A stretch of 63,113 nt of DNA, filler included, from Conidiobolus incongruus B7586 (GCA_000697335.1; 16 parts of 16 records of this genome joined end to end with filler, not necessarily neighbours in it); one strand, 5' to 3'; positions 13,502 to 26,077 are shown, numbered from the whole stretch's first letter. Made by a program: numbers and translations. The notes: a model not told the origin generated them from the sequence alone.

Positions 13502-15077
13502 AAAGAAATATATATATATATAGAATAAATAGGAATTTATTTAGCTTTAAATAATATATATATTTAAAAAACTTTTTAGGTTAAAAAAATAATTTTTTCA
13601 AATTAATCATTTAATTTATTTAAAATAAATAATGATTATTAGAAGTCTTTTATCTTAATATTAATATAACTTAATTATAAATTTTTAAAATTATTTAAAA
13701 TTTATAACTTTTAATAATCAAGAATTATTTATATTAATTATTTATCATTTTATAAATTATTTTAAACATAAAAAAATTATTTAAAATATAAATATAATAG
13801 TAAAAGATTATCAATATAAAATAGAGAAAGATTTGATATAAAGGTAATATGGCATAAAACATGGTAATATAACGTGGGATATAGCGTGAATATATAAACA
13901 AAGTTTAATTAAGCTTCAAACTGGGATAAGTCACTGATATATTAAGATTTATATTAGGTATTCCCAATATACTATAATATTGACAAAATATAGTCTTAAT
14001 CTTAGAAATAAAAAAAAAGATAAAAAAGATAAAGAATAATAAAAATTAACAGAGAAAAGAGGAACTTAGTTTATTAGATAATTCAATATTATTTATATAA
14101 TTAATTTAACTATAAAAGTATAAATTAATCATATAATTTATAGTTAGTTAAATTATAAAGAAATATATAAGAATTTAGAGAACTAGTCTCATAATATAAA
14201 ATATATTACAATCTAAATAATTATTTTTTATTATTATTTTCTTAATAATTAATTAAGTTAAAAGATATATTGAAAAATATTTTTTTATTTTAATTAAAGA
14301 TTTATTTAAATAATTTATTATTGACCTTATAAGTGTTTATAATTTATTATTATTTAAACTCAAATTAATAAATAAAAATATAAAAAAGATATCTTATTAT
14401 TTAACTAAAATTTAGAAAAAAGTTATAATAGTCATTATCAAATAAAATTTATTAAAATATTAATAGAAACTTAGGTTTTTATTATAAATAACTATCAATA
14501 ATGAATCTTAAATATTTTTATAAATTTTTTTAACTAAAATATATATTAAAATGCTAAATTAAGTTCAATTAACCTTTTTTATAATTTTTTTTGAATAAGT
14601 AATTTAATAATAATGATATATACTATTATTATTTAATTTTTGAAATAAAATTAACTAAAAATAAATTAAAAATTAAATTTATTCTTTTTTTAAATAAAAT
14701 TATTTTTAATTAGTATTTTTAATATAATAATTATAAAATATATAAATCTAAAGTTGCAAAAAACTTTCTAATTAAGAGTAACTAGAGAAAAATAACAAGT
14801 TTAATATATTCCTTAGAGTATAACCCATATGATTATAATTATTTTAGGTAATTAAAATATTAATTTGCAAAAATTATAATTTTTGCAAAAAAAATTTAAT
14901 TAGTTTATAAATATTAAATTTTATTTATTAATAAAAAATTATTTTTTAAAAATTAGAATTTTATTAAAAAATGAAAAAACTATTAATTCTATATTATATA
15001 TTAATTTTAATATTTTATATATCAAAATATTTTCTTTTTAATATTTGAAAATCCCTTTTATTAAAATTACAAATTAA
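13502..15077 (+). mobile_element. Heavily degraded mariner family A copy interrupted by a family-C fragment
   Basis: ~13550-13790 matches the mariner 5' region. ~14200-15077 matches the remainder, including a 3' TIR remnant. Confidence 0.65.
13790..14195 (+). mobile_element. Family C fragment (probable LTR retrotransposon leader/gag)
   Basis: Shares ATATAAACAAAGTTTAATTAAGCTTCAAACT... with 20030-20100 and with the reverse complement of 37080-37130. One frame reads EFRELV, which is gag-like. Boundaries approximate. Confidence 0.5.
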
Positions 15078-15079
15078 TA

Positions 15080-16637
15080 CACTAACCTATAAAAGTGAGT
15101 TATAAAATCAAAAAGACTTATATTTTTATTAATAACTTGATTAATATTTAATAAAATAAACCTAAATTAAATAATTAAAATCTATTATATTTATTAATTA
15201 TATATATCATTAAATGATAATATTTAGCTATTAATTGGTTAAAATATAGACCTTTAAATTTTACCTAGGGTAAGTTATAAATTTACAAGTTTTTAGTGAT
15301 AAAAAAAATTAAAACTTAATATATCTATCTTTAATTTTTCTAACTTCTTTAAGTTTATAGGATATAAAATCAACTTACTTTTTATACTAAAAAGGGTTAA
15401 TCTTGTTTTATACTTCTTGAACATATTTTTAAAGTTAATCTAAATCTTTTATTAGTGGGAAAACTTTAATAACTTTTTTTTAACTAATCCTAAAGGTGTT
15501 TAATTAGATTAAAGTTAGAAGATTGAAGAAACTACTTTATAACTATTATTTTGTTATTTTTAAGCTATTTGGTAATAAAAGTTGTAATATAGCAAAAGGT
15601 ATTATCTTACTAGAAAATAATATTAGATTTGTTTAACCTATATTATTCAAGTTTTTTTCAATTTATTATTTAAAATACTTTAATATATCTCAATATTAAT
15701 TCCCCCATTAACTTTACAAAGATACCTTATATCTAAAAACAATATATATCCCTAAATAATAATTAACCTATTATTGTATTTTTAGGTAAAATTAACATAA
15801 TAGTTATAAAGTAATTTTATATCTTTTCTAAAGTATCTAGCTTTTTTATTAAATCTACTAAGGTATATTTTTGTTTTATTAAACTAAATAACTTTATTTA
15901 GTTTTAATTTAATATTAGTGATGATATTTAAACTCCCACCTAACTTTATAATAGGATTTTTTTAGTTGGGGGTGTTTTTTCTTAAAATATAAGTGGTATC
16001 TATGTTAATATAAAGTATATATAATAGTATTAGTATTAACTAATATTCCTATATAATCTTATAGTTCCTGTTGTATTTCTATAGTAATACTACATTTGCT
16101 TATATTAACTAACTTATAAATATACTTCTCATTATATTTATCTATAAGTTTAACATACTTTAGTTTAAATTTAAATGTTTTTTTATTACTATTCTTAATA
16201 ACATTAATTATAGTAGACTAACTAACATTAGTAATTCTAACAGTACCACAAGTTAATTTACTTTTTTTATAAAGTTAATTAATACACAAGTAGATTTTTT
16301 TAAAAAGGGATTTAGATATAATAATAATAAAAAAAATTTAATATATCTGTAAAATATTATATAAAATAATAACAGAGAAAGAAGATATGGTTATATATTG
16401 TTAAATATATCCCTTTATCTCAAAAACTTGCAAATTTATGACTTATCTTAGTTAAATATCAAGGGTTAATATTTTTGCTAATAGTTTACTAAATATATCT
16501 AAATATATTTATTTATTATTAAATAATATACCTTAATTATATATTATAGTTTCAAGAAATCTAATATATACAATTGTTTTAGTTATTAATTAAAAATATA
16601 TATTTTTTATTTTATAACTTACTTTTGCAAGTTAATA
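15080..16637 (-). mobile_element. Full-length Tc1-like family B copy, inactivated
   Basis: TA-flanked TIRs at both ends. Reverse complement of 4815-6384 with transitions. Confidence 0.93.
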
Positions 16638-16856
16638 TATATTTATTTAAAGTTTATTTAATTGATATTTCTTAAATAAATATATTTATATAAAAAAATT
16701 AAATAAATTTATAAATTTTGTTTTAATTTATTTTTATTTTTTTTTTATTTTTAAANNNNNNNNNNNNNNNNNNNNNNNNNNNNNNNNNNNNNNNNNNNNT
16801 TAATTAATTAANNNNNNNNNNNNNNNNNNNNNNNNNNNNNNNNNNNNNNNNNNNNA

Positions 16857-18049
16857 TACTATTTTATATTTTTAATAATAGGAATATTTTATAATTAAAA
16901 ATAAATAAATATTTTAATATTTAATATATAATAAAAATATAATATAAATTTAAGTTTTTTTATTATTAATAATTTTTTGCTATATTTTTAACAAAGATTT
17001 AATACTTAAAAAACATTTTTTTATTAAAGATTGAAATTTAATGTTTTATAAACTAATTAAATTTTTTTGCAGAAATTTTCTTTTTTGTAAGCTGGTTTTT
17101 TAATTATCTAAAGCAATTATAATCACATAAGTTATAATCTAAAGAGTATACTAGATGTAGTAGTTTTTTCCAGTTATTTTTATTTAGAAAGTTTTTTATA
17201 GCTTTAAATTTATATATTTAGCAATTATCATATAAAATAATAAGTCTTTTTAAATTATATTGAGAACACTAATTAGAGATACTTTTATTTAAAAAAGCAA
17301 TATAAAGTTTACTATTAATTGATTTTTCTTTTAAGAATTAAATAAGACTAGCAAATACTATTATAATCTATTATAATAATTAATATTTGCTTATTAACAA
17401 AATACTTATTTAAAGGGATTTTTAGAGGGGATTGATTTAACTTAATCTAGCATCTTGATTTGTGTTTTAATTAAGGATTATATATAAAGATCTAAGATTT
17501 ATCAATTATAATTATTCACTGTAAAAGTTTAAACTTCTGGTAATATTTTAGTAAGTTTTGTTTAGCAATAATTACTTTAGCTTTTTTCTAAGTATTAATT
17601 AAATTATAAGTTACCCATTTTATATTTTTATTTATTAATTTAAGTTTAAACTTTAATATATATAAAATACTTGTAAGACTAATAATAAAGTGCTTAGATA
17701 ATTCTTTAGCTGAAATAAAAAGGTATTTTTCAATATATTTTTTCACTCTATTAATAATTAAAAAAATAATAGTTAAAGTTGGTTTTTTAGATTTTAACAA
17801 GTATTAGATAATTTCTGTTATAGTTTTAAAATAATTTATCTAGCAATAAGTTATTAATTTAGATAATGCTTTATTACTAAAAGTTGCTTGTAATTTTAAA
17901 TAATTATAGATGGTTTATGGTTAAGTTTTATTAATACTAAAATAAAAAAATTTTAATGATTATTATTTAGTTTAAGCATAATTAAATTAAATAACCAATT
18001 TTAAAAAATTAATTTTTTAATCAAAAAAATTATTATATATATATATATA
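16857..18049 (-). mobile_element. Mariner family A copy with a family-B element inserted in its 5' (TA)n tract
   Basis: Colinear with 8244-9390. Includes track ORF 17588-17800 (KWVTYNL, i.e. the WVPHNL motif). Confidence 0.9.
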
Positions 18050-18051
18050 TA

Positions 18052-18565
18052 CACTGACCCACAAAAGTAAGTTATAAAATCAAAAATATATATATTTTAT
18101 TTAATAACTAAAACAATTGTATATATTAGATTACTTGAAACTATAATATATAATTAAGGTATATTATTTAATAATAGATAAATATATTTAGATATATTTA
18201 GTAAACTATTAGTAAAAATATTAACCCTTAATATTTAACCAAGGTGAGTCATAAATTTGCAGGTTTTTGAGATAAGAGGATATATTTAACAATATATAAC
18301 CATATCTTTTTTCTCTCTTTGCAATTATTTTATATAATATTTTACAGATATACTAAATTCTTTTTATTAGTATTATTATACTTAAATCCCTCTCTAAAAA
18401 AATCTACTTGTGCATCAATCAACTTTATAAAGAAGGTAAATCAACTTGTGATATTGTTAGAATTACTAGTGTTAGCTAGTTTACTATAGCTAAGGCTGTT
18501 AAGAATAGCAATAAAGAAACATTTAAACCTAAACTTAAGTGTGCTAGGATTATAGATGAATATGA
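18052..18565 (+). mobile_element. Tc1-like family B, 5' part (truncated by gap)
   Basis: TIR CACTGACCCACAAAAGTAAGTTATAAAATC follows the (TA)n tract. Start of the transposase HTH region is present. Confidence 0.9.
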
Positions 18566-18665
18566 NNNNNNNNNNNNNNNNNNNNNNNNNNNNNNNNNNN
18601 NNNNNNNNNTTAATTAATTAANNNNNNNNNNNNNNNNNNNNNNNNNNNNNNNNNNNNNNNNNNNN

Positions 18666-20019
18666 GATAAGGGGATATATTTAACAATATATAACCATAT
18701 CTTTTTTCTCTCTTTGCTATTATTTTATATAATATTTTACAGATATACTAAATTTTTTTTATTAGTATCATTATACTTAAATCCCTCTCTAAAAAAATCT
18801 ACTTGTACATTAATTAACTTTATAAAGAAGGTAAATCAACTTGTGATATTGCTAGAATTACTGGTGTTAGCTAGTTTACTATAGTTAAAGCTGTTAAGAA
18901 TAGCAATAAAAAAACATTTAAACTTAAACTTAAGTGTGCTAGGATTATAAATGAACATGATAAGAAGTATATCTATAGGTTGGTTAGTACAAGTAAGTAT
19001 AATACTACTGTAAAAATATAGCAGGAACTATAAGACTATACAAGAATATTAGTTAGCACTGATACTATTATACATGCTTTATATTAGCATAGATACCACT
19101 TACACCTCAAGAAAAAACACCCCCAACTAAAGAAATCCTACTACAAAACTAGGTGGGAGTTTAAATGTCACCACTAATATTAAACTAAAACTGATTAGAG
19201 TAAGGTTATTTAGTTTGATGAAACAAAAATATACCTTAGTAGATCTAATAGAAAAGCTAGATACTTTAGAAAAGATACAAAACTACTTTATAACCATCAT
19301 GTTAATTTTACCCAAAAGTATAATAGTGGGTTAATTATTGTTTGGGGATGTATGTTGTTTTTAGGTATAGGGTATCTTTATAAAGTTAATGGGGGAATTA
19401 ATACTGAAATGTACTAAAGTATTCTAAACAATGAATTGAAAAAAACCATTAAATAATATAGGTTAAACAAATCTAATGTTATTTTCTAGCAAGATAATAC
19501 CTCTTGTTATACTATAGCTTCTACTATTAAATAGCTTAAAAATAACAAGATAACAGTTATAAAGTGGCTTCTTTAATCTCCTAACTTTAATCTAATTGAA
19601 CACCTTTAAGATTAGTTAAAAAAAGTTATTAAAGCTTTCCCCCCAGCAAAAAATTTAAATCAACTTTAGGAATATGTTCAAGAAGTATAAAACAAGATTA
19701 ACCCTTCTTAGTATAAGAAGTTAGTTGATTCTATACCCCACAAACTTAAAGAAGTTAGAAAAGCTAAAAGTGGATAAACTAGGTTTTAATTTTTTTTTAT
19801 CACCAAAAACCTACAAATTTATAACTCACCTTAGGTAAAATTTAAGGGTTTATATTTTAACCAATTAATAGCTAAATATCATCATTTAATGATATATATA
19901 ACTAATAAATATAATAGATTTTAATTATTTAATTTAGGTTTATTTCATTAAATATTAATCAAGTTATTAGTAAAAATATAGGTGTTTTTGATTTTATGAC
20001 TTACTTTTGTAGGTTAGTG
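18666..20019 (+). mobile_element. Tc1-like family B, least-mutated long copy (5' end in gap)
   Basis: Colinear frame reads KVI*FDETK, IIVWGCM, VIF*QDNTSCY and KWLL*SPNFNLIEHL*. The 3' TIR is followed by TA. Confidence 0.93.
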
Positions 20020-20021
20020 TA

Positions 20022-21123
20022 TAATATACAAATATAAACAAAGTTTAATTAAACTTCAAACTAAGATAAGTTATTAATATATTAAGATTTATATTAAATA
20101 ATGCAAATATAATATAATATTAATAAAATATAGTTTCAATTTTAAAAATTATGTAAAAGATAAAAAATAATAAAAATTAAAAAAAAAGAAAAACTTTGTT
20201 TGTTAAATAGTTTAATATTATTTATATAATTAATTTAATTATAGAAATATAGATTAACAATATAATTTATAGTTAATTGAATTATATAGAAATATATTTA
20301 AAAATTTAAAAAATTGGTTTTTTAATATTTTTTTAATAAGTCTTTTAAAAGAAACATGTTTTTTAGATTTTTATAAATAGATATAATAAATTAAAATATT
20401 TTTAATATTTTCTAAGAGTTTTTATATAATTTATTTAATAAGATAGCTTATTTATTTTATATAAAAATAAAGTTAATTCCTAATAAATTTAGATTTAATT
20501 ATTTAATTAATATAGTATTCTCTTTCTTTATTTTAATTAATAATTAAATTTAATTTTAAAGTTTTTAATTAATTAAAAAATATATTAAAATCTTTAAAAT
20601 AAGGTTTGATTTTAAATATAGGAAAGGTAAAGTTAATTCTAAGGTAATATTCTTAAGATTTAAATTAATAGATTAAATTTTATAAGGATTATAATATAAT
20701 AGTAAGTATTTTAAATTTAAGCTAGATTTAGGTAAAATAAATTTAAGGGTAAATTATTCTAATTAAATAAATATACTAGTTTTATATTTAAGAAGATCTT
20801 TAAATTACTTTAAATATTATTATTCTATAATCCTTTAATTTTCTTCTAAGTTAAATTTAATAAAGGAATTAATATATTTAATATTAAATTAAAATTTAAT
20901 AGTATTTAAAGATAAATTAATTTAAAATTTTAAAAAAATTATTAAATTAAGATATTTATTATAATTAATAAAATAAGGGTTAAAACTTGTTGATTTATTA
21001 AAAAAGTTATTGAATAGATATTAAAGTTAATAGATATAGGTATTTTAATTTAACTGATTAATATTAATATAAGCTCTAATTATTTACTTTAAGGTTTTAA
21101 TAGTTTTTTTAACAAGTTTATTA
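20022..21123 (+). mobile_element. Family C: decayed Ty3/gypsy-like gag-protease region
   Basis: Multi-copy in the window. Gag-like I*KYI*KFKKL segment. 21054-21086 reads LININISSNYL, which converts to LIDTGASSNYL using only A>G/T>C reversions. Confidence 0.45.
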
Positions 21124-21249
21124 NNNNNNNNNNNNNNNNNNNNNNNNNNNNNNNNNNNNNNNNNNNNTTAATTAATTAANNNNNNNNNNNNNNNNNNNNN
21201 NNNNNNNNNNNNNNNNNNNNNNNATTAATTATTATAATAGACAATAATC

Positions 21250-21725
21250 ATATATAATATTTTTATTTAATTTTTAAAAGAAAATTAATTAATAATAGGC
21301 TTTATAATTATTTTAAATAAAATTATTTTTAATTGGTATTTTCAATATTATTTAAAAATTTTAATTATTTTGTATAATAATTATAAAATCCATAGAATTA
21401 AAGTTATAACAAATTCTCTAAACAAAAAAGCTATCATATCTAATATATTCATTAAATTATAACTTATGTAATTATATTTGCTTTAGCAAATTAAAAAATA
21501 AGTTTAAAAAAAAGAAAATTTTTATAAAAAAATTCAATTGATTTTTAAAATATGAAATTTTAATCATTGATAAAAAGAATTATTTTTAAATATTAGAAGT
21601 TATTTAAAAGTTTAATAAAAGTTATTAATAGTAACAGAGAGTATTGATTTTATATTATAATTTTTTTTAAATTATTAATTAAAATATTTATTTTTAATTT
21701 TTAAAAAATCTATTTACTTAAAATT
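21250..21725 (+). mobile_element. Heavily degraded mariner 3' fragment
   Basis: Colinear with ~7540-8000 at low identity. Boundaries approximate. Confidence 0.6.
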
Positions 21726-21957
21726 AAGAGTAATTAACTAAAATTCTCAAATTTCTTAATTTAGTTATTAGATATTTAAAAAATTCTAATTTAGTAACTA
21801 ATTTCGAAATTGTATGACGTGAATCATTTTGAATCATATCCTCTCCTTGTCCATCTATAACTATAAATACAAGTGTTGGATAAAATAATTTGTACAACTT
21901 TTGAAAATTAATAGTTATATTATAATATAATAATTTATAATAAAAATTTAAAAAAAA

Positions 21958-23727
21958 ATGAAAAGTATTCAAGAATTAAAAGAAACTATTAAATTGGGAA
22001 TTATTGGTGGTGGTGATATGGGTTGCTTATATGCTAAAACTTTTGCTAAAAATAATTGGAAAAAGTTATTATATATTCAACTTATATTACAACATTTATT
22101 GATATCTTTTTTCTTAGTGTTTTTATTTGCGACCTTCCTAATAAATTTGAGTGGCTATGTGACAAGTTAAAAGGTTAGTTTATTTATTTAAGGTCAATAT
22201 ATAAATGTATTTATTTTTTATAATTCTTAGGAACTGGCATAAAAGTACTAGAAAACGGCCATTTAATTTCAAGAAGTTGTGATGTAATATTTTATTCAGT
22301 AGAAGCTGAAAATTTATCCAGAGTAGTTCAAATTTATGGTAATAGTACTAAAGTGGGAGCTATTGTAGCTGGCCAAGTAAGTATTTTTACAATATTTGAT
22401 AAATTCGATTTTTTAACTGCCATTAGACATCCGTTAAAACGATAGAAATTGAAGCTTTTGAAAAATATTTACCTAAAGATGTAGAAATTATTACTTGTCA
22501 TTCTATGCATGGTCCTACAGTAGATCCTAAAGATCAGCCTTTAGTAACCATTTATGACAAGTTTGATTTTACCATTATTAATATACGTTTTAGGCTTTGA
22601 TCCCTTATAGAAATTCAGAAGAATCATTAAATTTAATGAGAGAAATATTGAGTGGATTTCAATCTAAAATCGTTGAATTGACCTATCAAAAACACGATGA
22701 AATCACCGCTGATACTCAAGCTGTCACGCATTTAGCATTTATTAGGTAAGATTCATTTTTTACAATTGATTGTATATGCTGATTGATTTTAGTATGGGTA
22801 CTGCTTGGAAGACGAGAGGAATTTTTCCAGTAGGTGAAACTCTTTGATTTTTAATACATTTTTAACTCACCTTTAGATCGAATTAGTGGGAAACTCATTC
22901 TTATGTAGGTGGTATTGAAAACGTTAAAGTGAATATTGCTTTAAGAATTTTTAGTAATAAATGGCATGTCTATGCGGGTAATTTGAGAGTTTATTATCCT
23001 CCTAATTAAGTTAATTTCATTTAAACTCTATGAAATTGTTTAGGCCTAGCAATTTACAATCCAAGCGCAAAGAGTCAAATTCAACAATATACCCGATCAG
23101 TTTTTGATTTATTTTTGTTAATGATAGAAAATAACAAAACCGAGCTATGGAAACGAATCAATGCAGCAAAAGAGTATGTATTTGGTGAAAAGTTTAGACA
23201 ATTTAAAACTTCATCAGAGTTATCCAATCATTTATTACTCTCCGATAAAGTGTTAGATCAATTTTCGTTGACTAAAGTTCCTGAAGAATTAAGAAAACCT
23301 AATTCCCATTTGTCTTTATTGGCAATGGTAAGCTTAACTCAATTAATTAAGAATATATTTATTTACACATTAATGTAATTTTCAATAGGTTGACTGTTGG
23401 TACCAATGTAAAATCAATCCCTACCATAACATGATCTGCCAAACTCCATTATTTCGTCTATGGCTAGGTATCGCTGAATTTCTATTTTATGACGAGAATC
23501 TAATGAATGAAACAATCGAATGTGCTTTAAATGATCATAGTATTAGAACTGATGATTTATGTTTCGTTTCATGTACTCAAAGTTGGTCCGAATGTATCGA
23601 TCATGGTATTATGGAATTTTACCAGAAAAAATTTGAAAATACTAGAAATTTTTTCGAACCTCGATTATCTGAAGCTAGTTCACTTTCTAGTGCTATGATT
23701 AAAACTATTTCGAATAATATTAAATAA
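21958..23727 (+). CDS. TYR1: Prephenate dehydrogenase (NADP+), 9 exons
   Basis: Spliced product contains LGIIGGGDMG (Rossmann motif), NGHLISRSCDVIFYSVEA, GQTSVK, CHSMHGP, HDEITADTQAVTH, GGIENVKVNI, NKWHVYAGLA and MICQTPLFRLWLGI. Eight GT-AG introns with donors near 22065, 22174, 22377, 22543, 22746, 22830, 22978 and 23328. Confidence 0.95.
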
Positions 23728-24239
23728 TTGATTCTTCAATAAATTATTTAATCATTTGATCAATATTTAAAAATTCATTTTTGTTAAGGTTATTTTATAA
23801 ATGGAATTCATTAATAATGTTTAATCTATATATATCATAATTTCTGAATTTAAACTGTTAATTAATAAAATTGTATAAATAATCTTTTTTGAAATCATAT
23901 ATTTGTAATCATTTTATAATATGAATAAAAACTATTACGGAGATATATATATAATTGTACTTCAGTTGTCATAGGAATTATTACTATAAAATACAAAATT
24001 TAGAAATCAAAAATCAAAAATCAAAAATGTAAAATTTGATTGAAGGTGTAACTGCTTAAAATTTTTCTAAATCCAAGTGGCTGTTTCACAAAGATTCTTC
24101 GCAAAGATCAATGTAAAAGAAAAAATTAGAAAAAAGGTAAAGGTTCTTTAAAATATTTTGTCAAAATAAAAGTGAAGCTAATTTACAACGTATTAGATTT
24201 TTACATAGTTTGGGTATAAGGGAAAGAGAAAGAAATTAA

Positions 24240-24311
24240 GGGCGTATAGCTCAGTGGTAGAGCAATCGACTGCAGATCGATAGGTCGTTGGTTCAAATCC
24301 GACTGCGCCCT
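24240..24311 (+). tRNA. tRNA-Cys (GCA), intronless
   Basis: Acceptor stem GGGCGTA/TGCGCCC, D-arm GCTCAGTGGTAGAGC, anticodon arm ATCGA-CTGCAGA-TCGAT, T-loop TTCAAAT, discriminator T. Confidence 0.97.
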
Positions 24312-24696
24312 TATTTTACAATTTTTTTCCTATTACTTATTTATTCAAAACCATTTTAGCAAATATTTAAACATTTTCAATTTCTAGAAAATGATTTAAT
24401 AATTCAATTTTTTATTTAAACAATATTTTTCTTTTTGAAATCATACTAAATCAATTATCTGAATCTTTTGAATAAATATCAGATTTGTAATAATGATTAA
24501 AATGTAAATAATGATCAATATTTTTATTGAATTATATCATCTTGATTCCTACTATATTTAATCAAATCAAGATATTATATACTTTCAATGTTGACATTTT
24601 ATTGTATATTGAAATAAACATATTTTTGAGTATTCAAATAATCATATTTAATTCAATATTTTCTAATTTATTTTAAATTAATAAGGTAATATATTA

Positions 24697-25020
24697 CAGG
24701 TCTCATGGAAAGTTGCCTTGCAATAAGGATCAAGTAAATTCGATAAAGTGGGCCAAGGGTGGCTAACGAAGTACTTTAAAGGATTTATTAAAGTACTAAG
24801 ATGTAGGTCTTGGCCCTGATCGAGATAATTGCTGAGCAAATGTGTGCTCAGTGACGATTTTATAGTGCTAACAATCTTTGGCCAATGTGTTGAAACACTG
24901 ATTGTAATTGTTTCCGGAATTTGATATTATATAAGAATTGTCGATGGTACATGTGTGGATTGCATTCCGAAAAATGGCGGATGGTTTAAATTGAAGGGCG
25001 AGCGGATCTCTTGATCCGCT
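24697..25020. ncRNA. Candidate structured non-coding RNA, family not recognised
   Basis: GC-richer segment with no ORF. It contains several nested inverted repeats and a perfect terminal hairpin AGCGGATC-TCTT-GATCCGCT. Confidence 0.4.
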
Positions 25021-25176
25021 ATATTATTAATTTATTAATAACAATTTTCAAAGCTGTATTAAATACAAGGAATTATTAGAAATGATGCAAATGAGAAAAA
25101 AAATTTTAAAGAAATATTTTATTGTAAAATAAAGATCTATAAAGGGTAGAAAATTCTAAGGAAGTGGTTAACTTAG

Positions 25177-25758
25177 TTACTGACCATAATAGTGCTGATA
25201 TAATCTTCCACAAGTTACGTAAATTTCATGTTGGTTTCTCACACCTTCGTATCTGTTTTCTTCTATAATGCTTTCTTGAACATTTCGACTAACTTTACCA
25301 CATTCAATTTCTATTGATTTTGCACAAACTTTTGACGGGATATTTGCATTTCCTTTGATAACAATATCCCCATTTCCATTTAAAACAGGCACAATACCAT
25401 CACATGAATTACTTCTTGGTACAGCAACAGTATAGCACTTTCCACTTTCAGTTTTATAAGTTAAAGTATTGATATCATCTTCAAACTGAATATGCTCACC
25501 AATCGAGATTATTTGTGAATTTTCGGGATCTCCTTGCTTAGGCATATAAAGCTTTTTCCAAGTTGCAAAACCGCTATATCTTTTACTACAGTCTGGTCTT
25601 GATCCTGCTTTATGAGACAAATATGCGTATGCTAAAAATATACCTGTAAGTGGGGCTAACATTCCGACACGTGCAGCAGTTGCTCCGGTAAGTTCAACTA
25701 CTTTTGCAAAGTTAGTTAATTGAAGTTGTCTTTTAAATAATGCTTCAGTGTGATTCAT
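25177..25758 (-). CDS. Orphan protein (193 aa) with a hydrophobic segment, two KR sites and 6 Cys
   Basis: Intronless ORF in AT-rich DNA. The frame stays open ~36 codons upstream of the ATG. TATAAAT at 25903-25909 on the minus strand. Confidence 0.65.
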   Translation of the reverse strand: MNHTEALFKRQLQLTNFAKVVELTGATAARVGMLAPLTGIFLAYAYLSHKAGSRPDCSKRYSGFATWKKLYMPKQGDPENSQIISIGEHIQFEDDINTLTYKTESGKCYTVAVPRSNSCDGIVPVLNGNGDIVIKGNANIPSKVCAKSIEIECGKVSRNVQESIIEENRYEGVRNQHEIYVTCGRLYQHYYGQ

Positions 25759-25916
25759 GGGCGTGAAATAAAGTAGAAAATCCTGTTTATCTATATGTGT
25801 AGGTAGCAGTATATTGTCGGCTTCGATTTGTAGGCAGCAGAAGCTAGTATTGACTAGTATTGATTAAAAGTGATTCTATGTTGATAAGAAATAACCTAGA
25901 GTATTTATACTAAGTC

Positions 25917-26077
25917 AAAGGTAATAACATTAACTTAATATTTAAGGTCCGATCCTCCGAGTAATTAAAGGTAATAATATCAATGTAATACACAGTATTG
26001 AAGGTCCGATCATCCGAGTAATTGAAGGTAATAGTGTCAACGTAATACAGGTCAATGATGGTCCGATCATCCGAGTA
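25917..26077. repeat. 57-bp tandem repeat, ~2.8 copies
   Basis: Core GGTCCGATC(C/A)TCCGAGTA recurs at 25946, 26003 and 26060. Confidence 0.9.

Noticed and set aside
18270..18960. Apparent ~295-bp tandem duplication inside one Tc1 element
   Set aside because: It straddles a gap, the two pieces differ at about 15 sites, and the outer flanks belong to different host repeats. Best explained as two different copies joined by scaffolding.
8973..21972. AT-rich short ORFs 8973-9155, 10820-11008, 12399-12614 and 21724-21972
   Set aside because: Low-complexity I/L/K/N/F sequences expected by chance. 8973-9155 is antisense to a mariner copy.
24705..24745. U2-, U12- or RNase MRP-like words (GGAAAGTTGCC, TGCCTT..TAAGGA, GATCAAGT)
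   Set aside because: The branch-point recognition sequence (GTAGTA or GTAAGGA), a clear Sm site and a matching P4 partner strand are absent, so no family was assigned.
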